Source: an uncultured virus (IMG/VR IMGVR_UViG_3300021256_004112) (Duplodnaviria > Heunggongvirae > Uroviricota > Caudoviricetes). From it: a stretch of 54,665 nucleotides of DNA. The notes beneath the pieces were generated by a model. It was not told where the DNA came from. It ran no database searches and saw nothing but the letters and a program-made list of their open reading frames with translations. The position numbers and the translations under genes are program-made. This document shows, piece by piece, positions 27,652 through 37,404 of this stretch. Position 1 is the first letter of the stretch. Every line of letters starts with the position of its first letter. The stretch lies in IMG/VR virus record IMGVR_UViG_3300021256_004112; one strand, given 5' to 3'.

Positions 27652-28167
27652 TCAATCAAAAAGCACAACTTGATTGTCATCTTCCGCAACGGCAGACAAT
27701 ATGCTTTCCCGATACGAATCAACTTTTCCGATATGAAGGCAAAGACCGCCAAATCCACGCATATTTTCATTTTGTTGTGGATAAACAGACTGGTACTTAT
27801 TATCCTGCTCATTCTTTCCATCCATCCATTTTGCGCTATATTCATCCATCGTATCATCTTCGTAATGAATAACTACACTAACTACATCAGAAAAGAGAAT
27901 AAGCCGGTCCGAAAATGGCATATAAGGTCGCTCATTCCCAACTAAAGCATCAAAAGAAGAAATTGCCTGCTTATCGACACCCTTCTTGAAGATAATGAAA
28001 ATATCATTTGCCGTTTTCGTACAGGATGCGACATTCCCTTCGTAGGCACACACATTTTCCGTAATGTCTGTAATATTTAAAAAAACAATATAATCTGCAG
28101 GAATCGTAAAATCTTCCAAGTTTTCAAAATTCAATTGAATGTCTTTAATTCTTTTATTTTCATTCAT
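27652..28167 (-). CDS. Hypothetical protein
   Basis: 171-aa ORF with RBS. Confidence 0.7.
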   Translation of the reverse strand: MNENKRIKDIQLNFENLEDFTIPADYIVFLNITDITENVCAYEGNVASCTKTANDIFIIFKKGVDKQAISSFDALVGNERPYMPFSDRLILFSDVVSVVIHYEDDTMDEYSAKWMDGKNEQDNKYQSVYPQQNENMRGFGGLCLHIGKVDSYRESILSAVAEDDNQVVLFD

Positions 28168-28197
28168 TCCCTTAATTCCTTTCTTTATTGACCCTTT

Positions 28198-29739
28198 TTA
28201 TCTTTCTAACGATTGCCCGTTCTTATTCCGTTCTGCCCATCTCTGCAAAGAAGAAGTAAGCATATTGCTTGAATTAAGCAACTGTCCCAGTTGCACTTTA
28301 TCTATCAACATACGATATGCCTTTTTAATAAGGTTCTTATCATTTCCGACAATTTCTTTTACAACATCGCCCCGTATTTCCAAATCACTGGAATGGACAG
28401 GCATTTGATGTTTAGCCATATCACGGGCAACAAGCATATTGTTTCTCAGATTTGATAAACGGAGCATATTTACAGGAGATAGTCCTTTTGCTTTTAAATC
28501 GGCTTGAAACACAAAAGAAAGGTTATTGACTCTTTCTACCAGTTCTTTTTGTGTACGGCATTGAAGCGCCTTACGACGAAGCCAACGCCGAATCTGCGTT
28601 TTATTTGCTGTTTCCAAGTACTGCTCGTCCCCATGATTCTTAATGCAAAAAACAACATTTTTTACAAAAGAGTCGCTATACCCTAAAGAAGTAAGCGCTT
28701 TTTGAGCAATAGAAGAAGAATACCCTTCATGTCCTTTATCGGATGGTTGCCCTTCCGAGTTAAAAGTGCGTACCCCTTCCAAGCCTTTCCCGCTATCATG
28801 GAACAACATGGTATAACGAAGCATGATGATAGCAGGAACTTCTTTTACGGCGATACGGGTATGTTTCCAAGCATTATAGCAATGGTATTTAGGATTTTGG
28901 GATAAATGCCTTAAATGGGTCAAGGAAGAAAATGGTGTGATGTAAGAAAGAGAATCGTTCTTTTTACTCAAACATGGGGCATCTACTAACCCGCTGGACA
29001 TAAAAAGCTTCAGTCCTTTATCGGGCGCATAACCTTCCAACAGTTTTTCCATTTCTTTTCGTACCCGTTGAACGGACAAATTTTTGGCATTGCATTCCTT
29101 CCAAAAATCTTTACGGACAAAAACATCACTGTTCGCATTCCCGTCTTCGACATAATCAAAACCAAGTTGGGACACAAAACGGCAAGCCCGATACATACGC
29201 AACGGGTCTTCCCTGTATCGTTTTTCTGCGTCGCCGACGGGACGGATGATTTTCTGAGCGATATCTTCCCTGCCATGGAACGGGTCAATGATATTCCCTT
29301 CAATATCCATTGCCATTGCGTTTATCGTGAAATCCCGACGGGCAAGGTCGTCCTCAATATTTTTACAGAAAGAAACTTCGCTGGGACGATGTGCGTCATG
29401 GAAATCGTAGGCATCCGAACGGAACGTTGCAATTTCGACCGCATGGATTTTATCAGGCAGGGCAACAACAACCCCAAAATTATTCCCAAGATTTTCGACA
29501 ACAGGGATGTCTTTTTCTTTCAAAAGGGCAATCATTTCATTAGGAGTTAAATCAGAAGTCAGGTCCCAGTCTTTCGGCTCAAAGCCCGTAAAAACATCCC
29601 GTACCGCCCCACCAACAACATACGGTTTTCCCCCAGCGTCAATGATTGTACTCATCATATCTTTCACATAATTTGGAATACATTGCGTTCTTTTATAAGA
29701 CAAGAAAGACATCGTTTCAGATGTATTTTCTTCTTTCAT
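28198..29739 (-). CDS. cca: CCA-adding enzyme/poly(A) polymerase-family nucleotidyltransferase with HD domain
   Basis: VGGAVRD..KDWD, EIATFR, DLARRDFTINAMA, EDPLR..RA.RF, RVRKE..K, QNPKYH...HT...LFHDSGK. Confidence 0.85.
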   Translation of the reverse strand: MKEENTSETMSFLSYKRTQCIPNYVKDMMSTIIDAGGKPYVVGGAVRDVFTGFEPKDWDLTSDLTPNEMIALLKEKDIPVVENLGNNFGVVVALPDKIHAVEIATFRSDAYDFHDAHRPSEVSFCKNIEDDLARRDFTINAMAMDIEGNIIDPFHGREDIAQKIIRPVGDAEKRYREDPLRMYRACRFVSQLGFDYVEDGNANSDVFVRKDFWKECNAKNLSVQRVRKEMEKLLEGYAPDKGLKLFMSSGLVDAPCLSKKNDSLSYITPFSSLTHLRHLSQNPKYHCYNAWKHTRIAVKEVPAIIMLRYTMLFHDSGKGLEGVRTFNSEGQPSDKGHEGYSSSIAQKALTSLGYSDSFVKNVVFCIKNHGDEQYLETANKTQIRRWLRRKALQCRTQKELVERVNNLSFVFQADLKAKGLSPVNMLRLSNLRNNMLVARDMAKHQMPVHSSDLEIRGDVVKEIVGNDKNLIKKAYRMLIDKVQLGQLLNSSNMLTSSLQRWAERNKNGQSLER

Positions 29740-29755
29740 ACTCCATTCCTCCTTA

Positions 29756-32011
29756 TCAATCCTTTTGATAATATTGGGCAAAATCGCTTATCCATTCAAC
29801 CAATAAAGTATTACGACGGATAATTTCGTTATTATATACTGCCCGTCGCAACGCTTTTTGTGTACCGACAATGACGAGCAGTTCTTTGGCGCGGGTAACT
29901 CCTGTATACAGCAGATTACGGTGTAACATACGCCAAAAGCTTGTCACGAGAGGAATGATGACGACTTTGTATTCAGACCCCTGTGATTTATGGATAGTCG
30001 CCGCATACGAAAGGATAATTTCGTCAATATCGCTTTTGTCATACGTGACAAACACGCCATCAAAATTAACCAGCAATTCCTTTTCATCATAATTAATGCT
30101 TTCGACAATCCCCACATCCCCATTAAAGACATTTTTGTCATAATTGTTTTTAATTTGCATTACGCGGTCGCCCACCTTAATACAATCATCCTTCCCTACG
30201 GGGAAAAACTCCATATTATGATTTAAAGAAGTCTGCAATGCTTTATTAAGGAGAATCGTGCCGGCCGGCGTATTTTTCTGCGGGGTAAGAATTTGGATAT
30301 CATCTACAGAAAATCCTTTTTGTGGCAACCGTTTTTCCATAAGATTTGTCACTATGGTAGCGGCTTCTTCAGTATAACGGGAAGGAATACGTTCCGTCAA
30401 AGGCACTTTCCGCCTGTCTAATTCCTTATCCACATCAATAAAAAAGAAGTCGCTGTTACTTCCGTTACGGATATCGGGAAATACGCCTTGATTGATTTTG
30501 TGTGCATTAGTAATAATACGGCTGCTTTCCGCCTGACGAAAAATCTTATTCAGACGGACGACAGGAAACATATCTGACTGAATCATATCATGAAATACAT
30601 TGCCGGCCCCTACACTGGGAAGCTGGTCAGCGTCCCCTACAAAAATAACGGACATAGTATCAGGCACAGCCAAAAGCAGATGGTACATTAACGATATATC
30701 AATCATAGAACATTCATCAACAACAAGGATATCACCGCTCAACGGATTATCCTCATTGAACTGGAACGAATTATCCTTACCATACCCCAGCATACGATGA
30801 ATGGTCTTTGCTTCTTTGCCTGTGGATTCTTTCATCCGTTTGGCGGCGCGTCCTGTTGGGGCTGCCAATAAAATTTTAGCGCCTGTAGACGAATAAGCCG
30901 CAAGGATGCCGTTAACGGTCGTCGTCTTACCTGTACCTGGTCCACCTGTTAATATCATGACTTTGTGGGATGTAGCCAGCTTGATTGCTTCCCACTGTTC
31001 GTCAGCGAACTTTTTATTTGCAAGATAGGATACCCGTTCCCTGTCAACGGAAAGATGGAAATTGCCATCGCCCTGAATTCGTAACAGCATAGAGGCTACG
31101 GAACGCTCCGCATAGTAATAGAACGGCAGGTAAACGGCTTTATCCTCTGCCTTTGTAATGTCTTTGCCAACGAATTTTACATAGGGATGCGCATCGGGTT
31201 TTTGGTCTGCCATATCATCCAATGACATGGTAACGACCTGTTCATCCACCCCAAGCATTTCCTGTGCCTGTTTAAGCAACGGTTTATAAAACATAAAACA
31301 ATTGCCCTGTTTAGTGTCTTCCCGCAACAAATAAAGAATACCGCTGCGAATACGAAAATAACAATCTTTAGCAAAACCAAGCCGTAAAGCGATACGGTCG
31401 GCAGTTTGGAATCCGATACCGTCAATTTCATCAGCAAGGCAATACGGGTTTTCCTGAATACGGGATACGCTTTGCACTCCGAATTTACGGAAAATCTTCA
31501 TAGCAAGCGCATCCGTAATATCGTTTGCTTTCAAAAATGTAAGGATATTACGGATTTCTTTTTGTTCATTCCAACTTTTGATAATTTTATTCAGACGGAC
31601 ATTGCCAATACCGTTTACATTCAATAACTGTTCCGGACACTGATTTAAAACATCAAATGTCTTAACGCCAAACATAACAACAATCCGTTTTGCGATGGCT
31701 TTGCTGATGCCTTTGACAAATGAGCTTGACAAAAACTTTTCAATCCCCTCTTTGGTTACGGGAAGATTCATCTCATAGTAAGTTAAAGAGAACTGACGGC
31801 CAAATTTCTCATGGCGTACCCATTCCCCTGAAAAACGATATGTTTGGTTTTTAGACTGTTGCAGGCTCACGGGAATCATCCCTACTACCGTTACTGCATG
31901 TTGGTGGTCAGTATCATAACAAAGCATTACGGTATAACCCGAATGCTCATCCCGATAAATATATTTTTCTACAAACCCATTGAAGGTTACTAAATTGTTA
32001 TTATCAAGCAT
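29756..32011 (-). CDS. recD2: RecD2-type SF1B helicase
   Basis: N-terminal GEW..H.KFGRQF, HhH repeats, GGPGTGKT, APTGRAA, DECSM, GDADQL, YAATIHKSQGSE, LLYTGVTRA. Confidence 0.95.
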   Translation of the reverse strand: MLDNNNLVTFNGFVEKYIYRDEHSGYTVMLCYDTDHQHAVTVVGMIPVSLQQSKNQTYRFSGEWVRHEKFGRQFSLTYYEMNLPVTKEGIEKFLSSSFVKGISKAIAKRIVVMFGVKTFDVLNQCPEQLLNVNGIGNVRLNKIIKSWNEQKEIRNILTFLKANDITDALAMKIFRKFGVQSVSRIQENPYCLADEIDGIGFQTADRIALRLGFAKDCYFRIRSGILYLLREDTKQGNCFMFYKPLLKQAQEMLGVDEQVVTMSLDDMADQKPDAHPYVKFVGKDITKAEDKAVYLPFYYYAERSVASMLLRIQGDGNFHLSVDRERVSYLANKKFADEQWEAIKLATSHKVMILTGGPGTGKTTTVNGILAAYSSTGAKILLAAPTGRAAKRMKESTGKEAKTIHRMLGYGKDNSFQFNEDNPLSGDILVVDECSMIDISLMYHLLLAVPDTMSVIFVGDADQLPSVGAGNVFHDMIQSDMFPVVRLNKIFRQAESSRIITNAHKINQGVFPDIRNGSNSDFFFIDVDKELDRRKVPLTERIPSRYTEEAATIVTNLMEKRLPQKGFSVDDIQILTPQKNTPAGTILLNKALQTSLNHNMEFFPVGKDDCIKVGDRVMQIKNNYDKNVFNGDVGIVESINYDEKELLVNFDGVFVTYDKSDIDEIILSYAATIHKSQGSEYKVVIIPLVTSFWRMLHRNLLYTGVTRAKELLVIVGTQKALRRAVYNNEIIRRNTLLVEWISDFAQYYQKD

Positions 32012-32059
32012 AATGAAATTCCTTTTTAAATGTCAGTACACGAAAATTTACCTACTTAT

Positions 32060-32095
32060 ATTATACACCATTTGCATTGTAATGTAAATACGCAA
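32060..32095 (-). promoter_or_regulatory. SigA-type promoter of the recD2 operon
   Basis: TTGCGTA-TTTACA-N17-TATAAT. Confidence 0.7.
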
Positions 32096-32135
32096 CATAT
32101 ATTTAAAAAAGCTGTAACAGGTAATCCTGCTACAG

Positions 32136-33530
32136 CTACAGGCGTTGGATAAGCACTCTTGAATAGGGAACAAGTAAAAACCCATCAACATTAGAAGCAG
32201 TAAAATATACCGTTTGCATTGGCTTTAATTTTGTAAATATCGTAAGGTTATGGTTTACGGGGATATGTTTTTTGCATACGGTATCATCCCGCCCGTGGTA
32301 CAACACATCTTTATAATATTTCAACGAAGTAAAGAAATTCGTGTTAGAGACACCCACAATACGAAAACGGGCAGTATGTGCCGAATCATTTGTGTTTAAT
32401 GAAAAGCCGTTTATAGCGACGGTATCCGTTAATGAATGGATGTCTTTCCCTACCGTTCCAAACCCCATAGGACAATCCGTTGCCTTCTGATTCGGTTGTC
32501 CCGATAAGGTAAAAAAAGAGGGAGATTTACCAGTCCTTTCGACAGACGGCAATCCGTTTGAACCGCAATGTCCCAAAAATCTTTGCTGATGCGAAATCCC
32601 ATGGTCCATCCTGTCCGTGATTGAACAATCCGCAGACATAGAAAATTTCTCTTTTTTTTTACAATCGGTTGGCACAATGGGATTCCAATAATCCAAAAAG
32701 GTAATAGGAACACCCATAATCCCTTTATAATCGCAGGGAATATCTTTAAGTTTATCTACATTGATGGCATCGTAGTTATCATATTTAGGATATTTCTTTT
32801 CAATGTCGGGCAAAGGTTGTCCATTATCATCATAATAACGGGCTTGCAAATCCAATGAATTTTTAGTTTTCAGTAAGGGAATATTCGTAAACCAGCCAAC
32901 ATTCCCAAACTTTTTAGGTTGCCCATTAATATCAACAAAGGTTGTAATATAATGTTCGCCAAACCACAAAGAATTCGCAATCACATAGGGAAAAACCTGT
33001 TTATAAGTAATTGCGTTCTTATTACCAACTAAAAGGATTTGCTTCTTCTTCTCCATCATCAAGGTAAAGAACTCGCGCCACAAAGAAAAGGGCGGATTCG
33101 TTACCACAATATCGGCTTTTTCCAGTAAAGCTAAACAATCTTTACTGCGAAAATCCCCTGCCCCATACATTTCATCCGCCCAAATCCTTTTCTTTTTAGA
33201 CGAATATCCCATTGGGTTTTTGACAGAAGCCTTCAGTACCAAAGCATACGAATAGGTGGCAGGAACAGGAGCAAATAACGAAGATTGAATACCTGCGTTT
33301 ATCTGTAATCCCGAAACCATTAATCCTTTGAGTCCCAACCGCACAAAATTCTCTTTAAAAAACAAAAAGAAATTACTGGAATTCGGGTCGTCACAATTAC
33401 AATAGACTGTCTTTCCTTTAAAATAAGGGACATACATATCTACTTCCTTACGGATATCATCCAATAAGGTATAGAACTCATCATTCTTATTCTGTTTTGC
33501 TGAATTCAAATTAAGATTTTTATTCGACAT
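32136..33530 (-). CDS. EcoRI-family adenine DNA methyltransferase, orphan (zero-frame isoform)
   Basis: KNDEFYT, VYCNCDDP, GDFRS, DIVVTNPPFS, YPKYDNYDAI, MGVPITFLD. Confidence 0.92.
   Translation of the reverse strand: MSNKNLNLNSAKQNKNDEFYTLLDDIRKEVDMYVPYFKGKTVYCNCDDPNSSNFFLFFKENFVRLGLKGLMVSGLQINAGIQSSLFAPVPATYSYALVLKASVKNPMGYSSKKKRIWADEMYGAGDFRSKDCLALLEKADIVVTNPPFSLWREFFTLMMEKKKQILLVGNKNAITYKQVFPYVIANSLWFGEHYITTFVDINGQPKKFGNVGWFTNIPLLKTKNSLDLQARYYDDNGQPLPDIEKKYPKYDNYDAINVDKLKDIPCDYKGIMGVPITFLDYWNPIVPTDCKKKEKFSMSADCSITDRMDHGISHQQRFLGHCGSNGLPSVERTGKSPSFFTLSGQPNQKATDCPMGFGTVGKDIHSLTDTVAINGFSLNTNDSAHTARFRIVGVSNTNFFTSLKYYKDVLYHGRDDTVCKKHIPVNHNLTIFTKLKPMQTVYFTASNVDGFLLVPYSRVLIQRL
32386..32517 (-). 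other. Alternative methyltransferase C-terminal cassette 2 (-1 frame)
   Basis: FFYLIGTTESEGNGLSYGVWNGRERHPFINGYRRYKRLFIKHK*, entered at T-TTT-TTT (32517-32511). Confidence 0.75.
32527..32660 (-). other. Alternative methyltransferase C-terminal cassette 1 (-1 frame)
   Basis: REIFYVCGLFNHGQDGPWDFASAKIFGTLRFKRIAVCRKDW*, entered at the A9 run (32660-32652). Confidence 0.75.
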
Positions 33531-33690
33531 ACCGCCAACCTGTAAAACAAAATTTATTCATCTTATTTTACAGATAAATCCATTATGTTGTCAATACCTA
33601 AACATTTATAACTCCATATTGCGTATTTACGAATAATGAGATACAATATACATAGAAAACGATTTCATTAATACGCATGGGAGACAAAAG

Positions 33691-34143
33691 ATGAATATAA
33701 ACATAAATTTTACGCCATTAGAAGAAGACTGTTTTGCTGAAGCGTTCAAAAAAAGAAAGATGGATGCTGCAGAATATGCTCAGTTTGCAATAACGGAACA
33801 AATGAAACGGGATGCAAGCATTTTGTTGCCTGGCGAAAAAGTAAAAGCAACTTTTTTCCATTGTTCCTTACATGGCGATATGTCAGATAATGCTATTGCC
33901 CTGTTAAAACTTCAAAACAATATAACGAAATATCCGCATTATCTTTGGGACTATTGGCTGGAAGAAGACAATGTATATGTAATAGCCAATCCGAATTATA
34001 GTAAAGATATAAAAAATTTTCTCAATACAATTCATCGCGGAATGTTATTAGAAACAAAAACGATTGGATTTATCCTCAAAGTCTTCAAAGAAGAAGAAAT
34101 TGAGGTAATCCATTGTGGAAAGCGTTATTTTCATAAAATTTGA
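33691..34143 (+). CDS. Hypothetical protein
   Basis: RBS GGGAG; promoter TTGCGT-N17-TACAAT at 33619-33647. Confidence 0.7.
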   Translation: MNININFTPLEEDCFAEAFKKRKMDAAEYAQFAITEQMKRDASILLPGEKVKATFFHCSLHGDMSDNAIALLKLQNNITKYPHYLWDYWLEEDNVYVIANPNYSKDIKNFLNTIHRGMLLETKTIGFILKVFKEEEIEVIHCGKRYFHKI

Positions 34144-34218
34144 CAAATAATATTATTAAAAGAAAAGAGCAAATAAAATTTACAAGTGTCAATAATTTTT
34201 GTAAAAGGGGTATATAAT

Positions 34219-34556
34219 ATGACAAAAAACATTCTGAACTTTTTGTTTCCATAAAACGAGGAATAGACAGCACAATGCAAGGAATTAAAGACAATTCCCT
34301 ACAAAGGGAATATCGTAGTTTAGACATTCCTGCATTACCTAAATTTTCACCAAAAGAAATAAAAGAGATAAGGAAGAAAACATGCGTTAATCGGAAAATT
34401 TTCGCTACCTATATGGGCGTATCTTATCAAACCGTTTGCGCTTGGGAAAAAGGAAATAAAAAACCATCCGGACCTGCTCGGCGATTATTAAGTCTTCTGT
34501 TTCAAAATCCTTTTCTTTTTCAAGACGGTCAAATACCTACTAACAAATCAATTTAA
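34219..34556 (+). CDS. HigA-like XRE antitoxin/regulator; first ATG out of frame (in-frame ATG at 34275)
   Basis: EIKEIRKKT...FA.YMGVS..TV..WEKG.KKPSGPA.RLL; the upstream SELFVSIKRG segment is -1 relative to ATG 34219. Confidence 0.7.
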
Positions 34557-34604
34557 CCGAAACACAGAATTAATCCAAATAAAACTAAATGTGCCTAAAA
34601 AAAA

Positions 34605-34639
34605 GACTCCCTGCAAAAATATTTAGCAAGGAGTTTTTT
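34605..34639. terminator. Bidirectional terminator
   Basis: GACTCCCTGC/GCAAGGAGTT between convergent genes, with A and T tracts. Confidence 0.6.
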
Positions 34640-34656
34640 ATATATATGTTCACAGC

Positions 34657-35772
34657 TTACATGCTTATCTCTTCTGATATATCTCTCTTATTCGGTCGAA
34701 CAGACTTCTTCGTTTTGGTTCGACTTCTATTGTTAGCAGGCCGTAAAAGATTCTTTCCTTTTTGTTGTTCCTCTTGTGTAATTCTTTCATAATCTATTCC
34801 TAAAATTGAAGCCATCTTTTTACCGTCAAGACATACCAATCGGTTACATTCTTGCACACTACTGTTATGGTCATAATCAATCCCGTCATTCACAATGACC
34901 TCTTGCATACGGAATAATCCGGGAACATCTTTAACAGGTTTTAGCGTCACATTATGCATTACACTTATATCTTCGCCTTTATAGGTAGAAAAAGAAATAC
35001 TTTCCATTCCTTCGGGTAGCACCAATCCATTTTTCACAGAAATATTCTCTGTATCCATTCCCTGTTGAAATAAATCATTAACACTTGCCTTTTTATTCCC
35101 AATGTACGCTTCGGCTACCAAAAAATGGGAATACAATCCCGATAAATCTTTCGCAAACACCTCTTTGCACACTTCGGTAACTGCATTGCCAATATCATTG
35201 GACTTAGGGATTTCGTTTTGCACGGAAGTTTCTTTTGTCGAAAAGCTTTGATGGAATTTGTCATTATTATGTTGGATTGTTTCCACAACCTTCTGTGAAA
35301 CATTTTCCCAATATGGTTCAGCGCTTTGAATCTGATACAAACATTTTCGCACTGCGTCTATATCATTTCCTGCGTAATAAACTTTACTCTTCTGTTCCAT
35401 TTCCATCATAGTTAACAACCCACGATACCGAGGTTCTATAGCCAACGAATCTTTATGTTCTTTTAGCAATTCCTCTTCCTGGCCACGGAACCCGGGATGC
35501 GTTTTTACAAACTTATCTACAGCAATTTTTGCCGTTAACCTGTCATACGCCTGCACTGTCTGGTCAAGTATCATCGGCACAACAGTAGCCCCTATAGTCG
35601 GCCCTGCAAGAACAGTAAGCACTCCTTGTATGCCAGGGTTGGCGCCTAACACACCGGCCCCATAAAACATAGCTCCGGCAGTAGCAGCCATTCCTAACGC
35701 ATAGCCTGCCGTCCCCATTTTTTCTTGCCCGCGAAACCAACTGGAAAATAATTCTGTACCAAAATTTTTCAC
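34657..35772 (-). CDS. Hypothetical protein with N-terminal hydrophobic Gly/Ala-rich hairpin
   Basis: Two hydrophobic segments; ends RTKTKKSVRPNKRDISEEISM. Confidence 0.75.
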   Translation of the reverse strand: MKNFGTELFSSWFRGQEKMGTAGYALGMAATAGAMFYGAGVLGANPGIQGVLTVLAGPTIGATVVPMILDQTVQAYDRLTAKIAVDKFVKTHPGFRGQEEELLKEHKDSLAIEPRYRGLLTMMEMEQKSKVYYAGNDIDAVRKCLYQIQSAEPYWENVSQKVVETIQHNNDKFHQSFSTKETSVQNEIPKSNDIGNAVTEVCKEVFAKDLSGLYSHFLVAEAYIGNKKASVNDLFQQGMDTENISVKNGLVLPEGMESISFSTYKGEDISVMHNVTLKPVKDVPGLFRMQEVIVNDGIDYDHNSSVQECNRLVCLDGKKMASILGIDYERITQEEQQKGKNLLRPANNRSRTKTKKSVRPNKRDISEEISM

Positions 35773-35787
35773 AGCACACCCTGCTTT

Positions 35788-36222
35788 CTATCTTATTGCC
35801 TCATTTTTTTCAAAATCCTGCTGATTACTATTCTGCTTTGGTCTTCGCAAAGAAACCTTTTTACTTCTCTTTTCTCTGTCTTTTCCCATCGCTTGCAAAA
35901 GATTATGTTTTACGACTGAAATTGCCTGCTCTGCGTCCTCTTTCAATTCTTTTGAAGCATTCCCCCGAGTACCTGCTTTTCCGTCCTGTACCCATTCCTC
36001 ATAAAGGACATGAGGAACCGTTCTGTCCCTTTCACATGTCAGATATTCATTCGCATCATATAACACGGTCCAAAAATCCCGTCCTTTGTCTTTTGTACTG
36101 TAATCTGAATGGGAAAGAATATAAGAAGCCCCATGGCTATCAAACTGAACCAACAACGAAGGCTGGAAGTCCTCACCCTTTGGGTTCATATTTTCTGCAG
36201 ATAATACTTTTATATTTTCCAT
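35788..36222 (-). CDS. Hypothetical protein
   Basis: RBS GAGGTGG; basic tail. Confidence 0.7.
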   Translation of the reverse strand: MENIKVLSAENMNPKGEDFQPSLLVQFDSHGASYILSHSDYSTKDKGRDFWTVLYDANEYLTCERDRTVPHVLYEEWVQDGKAGTRGNASKELKEDAEQAISVVKHNLLQAMGKDREKRSKKVSLRRPKQNSNQQDFEKNEAIR

Positions 36223-36238
36223 TTTTCGTCCACCTCTC

Positions 36239-36895
36239 TTATTTTGGTTGATATCCAAGCTGAACTAAATTAGCTGTTGCGTAATCTTTTAATATACAAG
36301 GCTGATAGTTTGCTTCCGCAAATACATGTTGCCAAAACTGTTTGGCTTTCTTATTTTTCTCTAATACATAGAGGCAATATGTACCTTTGTGGGTTTTCAT
36401 AAACTCAAACACAGCATTCCGCATAAATCCTTTTTTACGATACGCAGGCAGCACGAATGATTCCTCAATGTAATAATCCGCATCAGGATGGCAGTTTTTC
36501 CCATACCCCATGACAAGGAAACCAATGACGGTATCCCCGTCCTTAATGTCAATCCATGTGGTACACGGACCAGCATAGACGGAACAAAACGATTCCATAT
36601 CGGTCATATCGTTGGTCGGTCCTTCATTAATAGAACGCAACTCTTCAAGATACTGGAAGAACAGGTTCTTACGCAATTGAAAATTGGCAAACCAATCAGT
36701 TTCTTTTTCTTCCCGTTCCAACCAACACAAAATAGCATTCTTTATATCAGCTTTATATTCTATTCCTTTCTGCTTACCGATACCCGCCTGTGCCGAATAA
36801 AGGTAATGGATAAAAGACGGGGTTAACATTTCTTCATACAAAATATCTGCCGCCCGTTCCGCACGGAAACTACGAATTTCATTAAAATGGTTCAT
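36239..36895 (-). CDS. GNAT-family acetyltransferase
   Basis: IGFL, YIEESFVLPAYRKKGF, VLEKN..AKQFW. Confidence 0.85.
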   Translation of the reverse strand: MNHFNEIRSFRAERAADILYEEMLTPSFIHYLYSAQAGIGKQKGIEYKADIKNAILCWLEREEKETDWFANFQLRKNLFFQYLEELRSINEGPTNDMTDMESFCSVYAGPCTTWIDIKDGDTVIGFLVMGYGKNCHPDADYYIEESFVLPAYRKKGFMRNAVFEFMKTHKGTYCLYVLEKNKKAKQFWQHVFAEANYQPCILKDYATANLVQLGYQPK

Positions 36896-37404
36896 TTGCT
36901 TTTCACCTCATGGTCGTACCCATCCCAAATCCGCCACATCGTTTTCATGTTATGCCAATCTTTACGAATACAGGATACCGTATAAGAAATAACCATTCCT
37001 GCAATAAAAGCTAACGCAATATCCAAAAAAGAGGATGGCAATGTATTGAAAATGTAATAAGCATCTACTTTATATTTCCAAAACCGAACGGCTTCCCGCA
37101 AGACGGATAACAGCATACCAAGAGAAAATAATATCAAAAAGACTGCGATACAAAGACGGACGGAAGATTTTAACCTTCTTTGATACCATTCTTTCTGTTT
37201 TATGCGGCCGCAAGGAACACTATTACTTTTACTGCAGCCACACTTTGTCGCATCCCCTTGCAATACACCAAATTCACATTCCCAACAGTATCGTTTCATA
37301 CATTTTGCAAAAAGCCATGCAACGAAACGGACAGATAAACCAATCCAAAGAATCTGCATCATTATGTACAGCAACATATCCAATAAAGAAAACATAGCTT
37401 TCAC
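36892..37404 (-). CDS. Membrane protein (about 3 TM) with a Cys cluster
   Basis: Hydrophobic segments; CWEC...CGC...C. Confidence 0.65.
   Translation of the reverse strand: MKAMFSLLDMLLYIMMQILWIGLSVRFVAWLFAKCMKRYCWECEFGVLQGDATKCGCSKSNSVPCGRIKQKEWYQRRLKSSVRLCIAVFLILFSLGMLLSVLREAVRFWKYKVDAYYIFNTLPSSFLDIALAFIAGMVISYTVSCIRKDWHNMKTMWRIWDGYDHEVKSK

Noticed and set aside
32370..32690. Intein or intron in the MTase
   Set aside because: No intein C-terminal HN-[CST] junction or intron features; the stretch is explained by the -1 frame cassettes.
32450..32713. 87-aa ORF-track ORF nested in the MTase
   Set aside because: This third frame shows no family motifs; the meaningful modules are in the -1 frame, which the track missed.
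32136..34143. Complete type II R-M system
   Set aside because: No adjacent ORF shows recognisable restriction endonuclease motifs.
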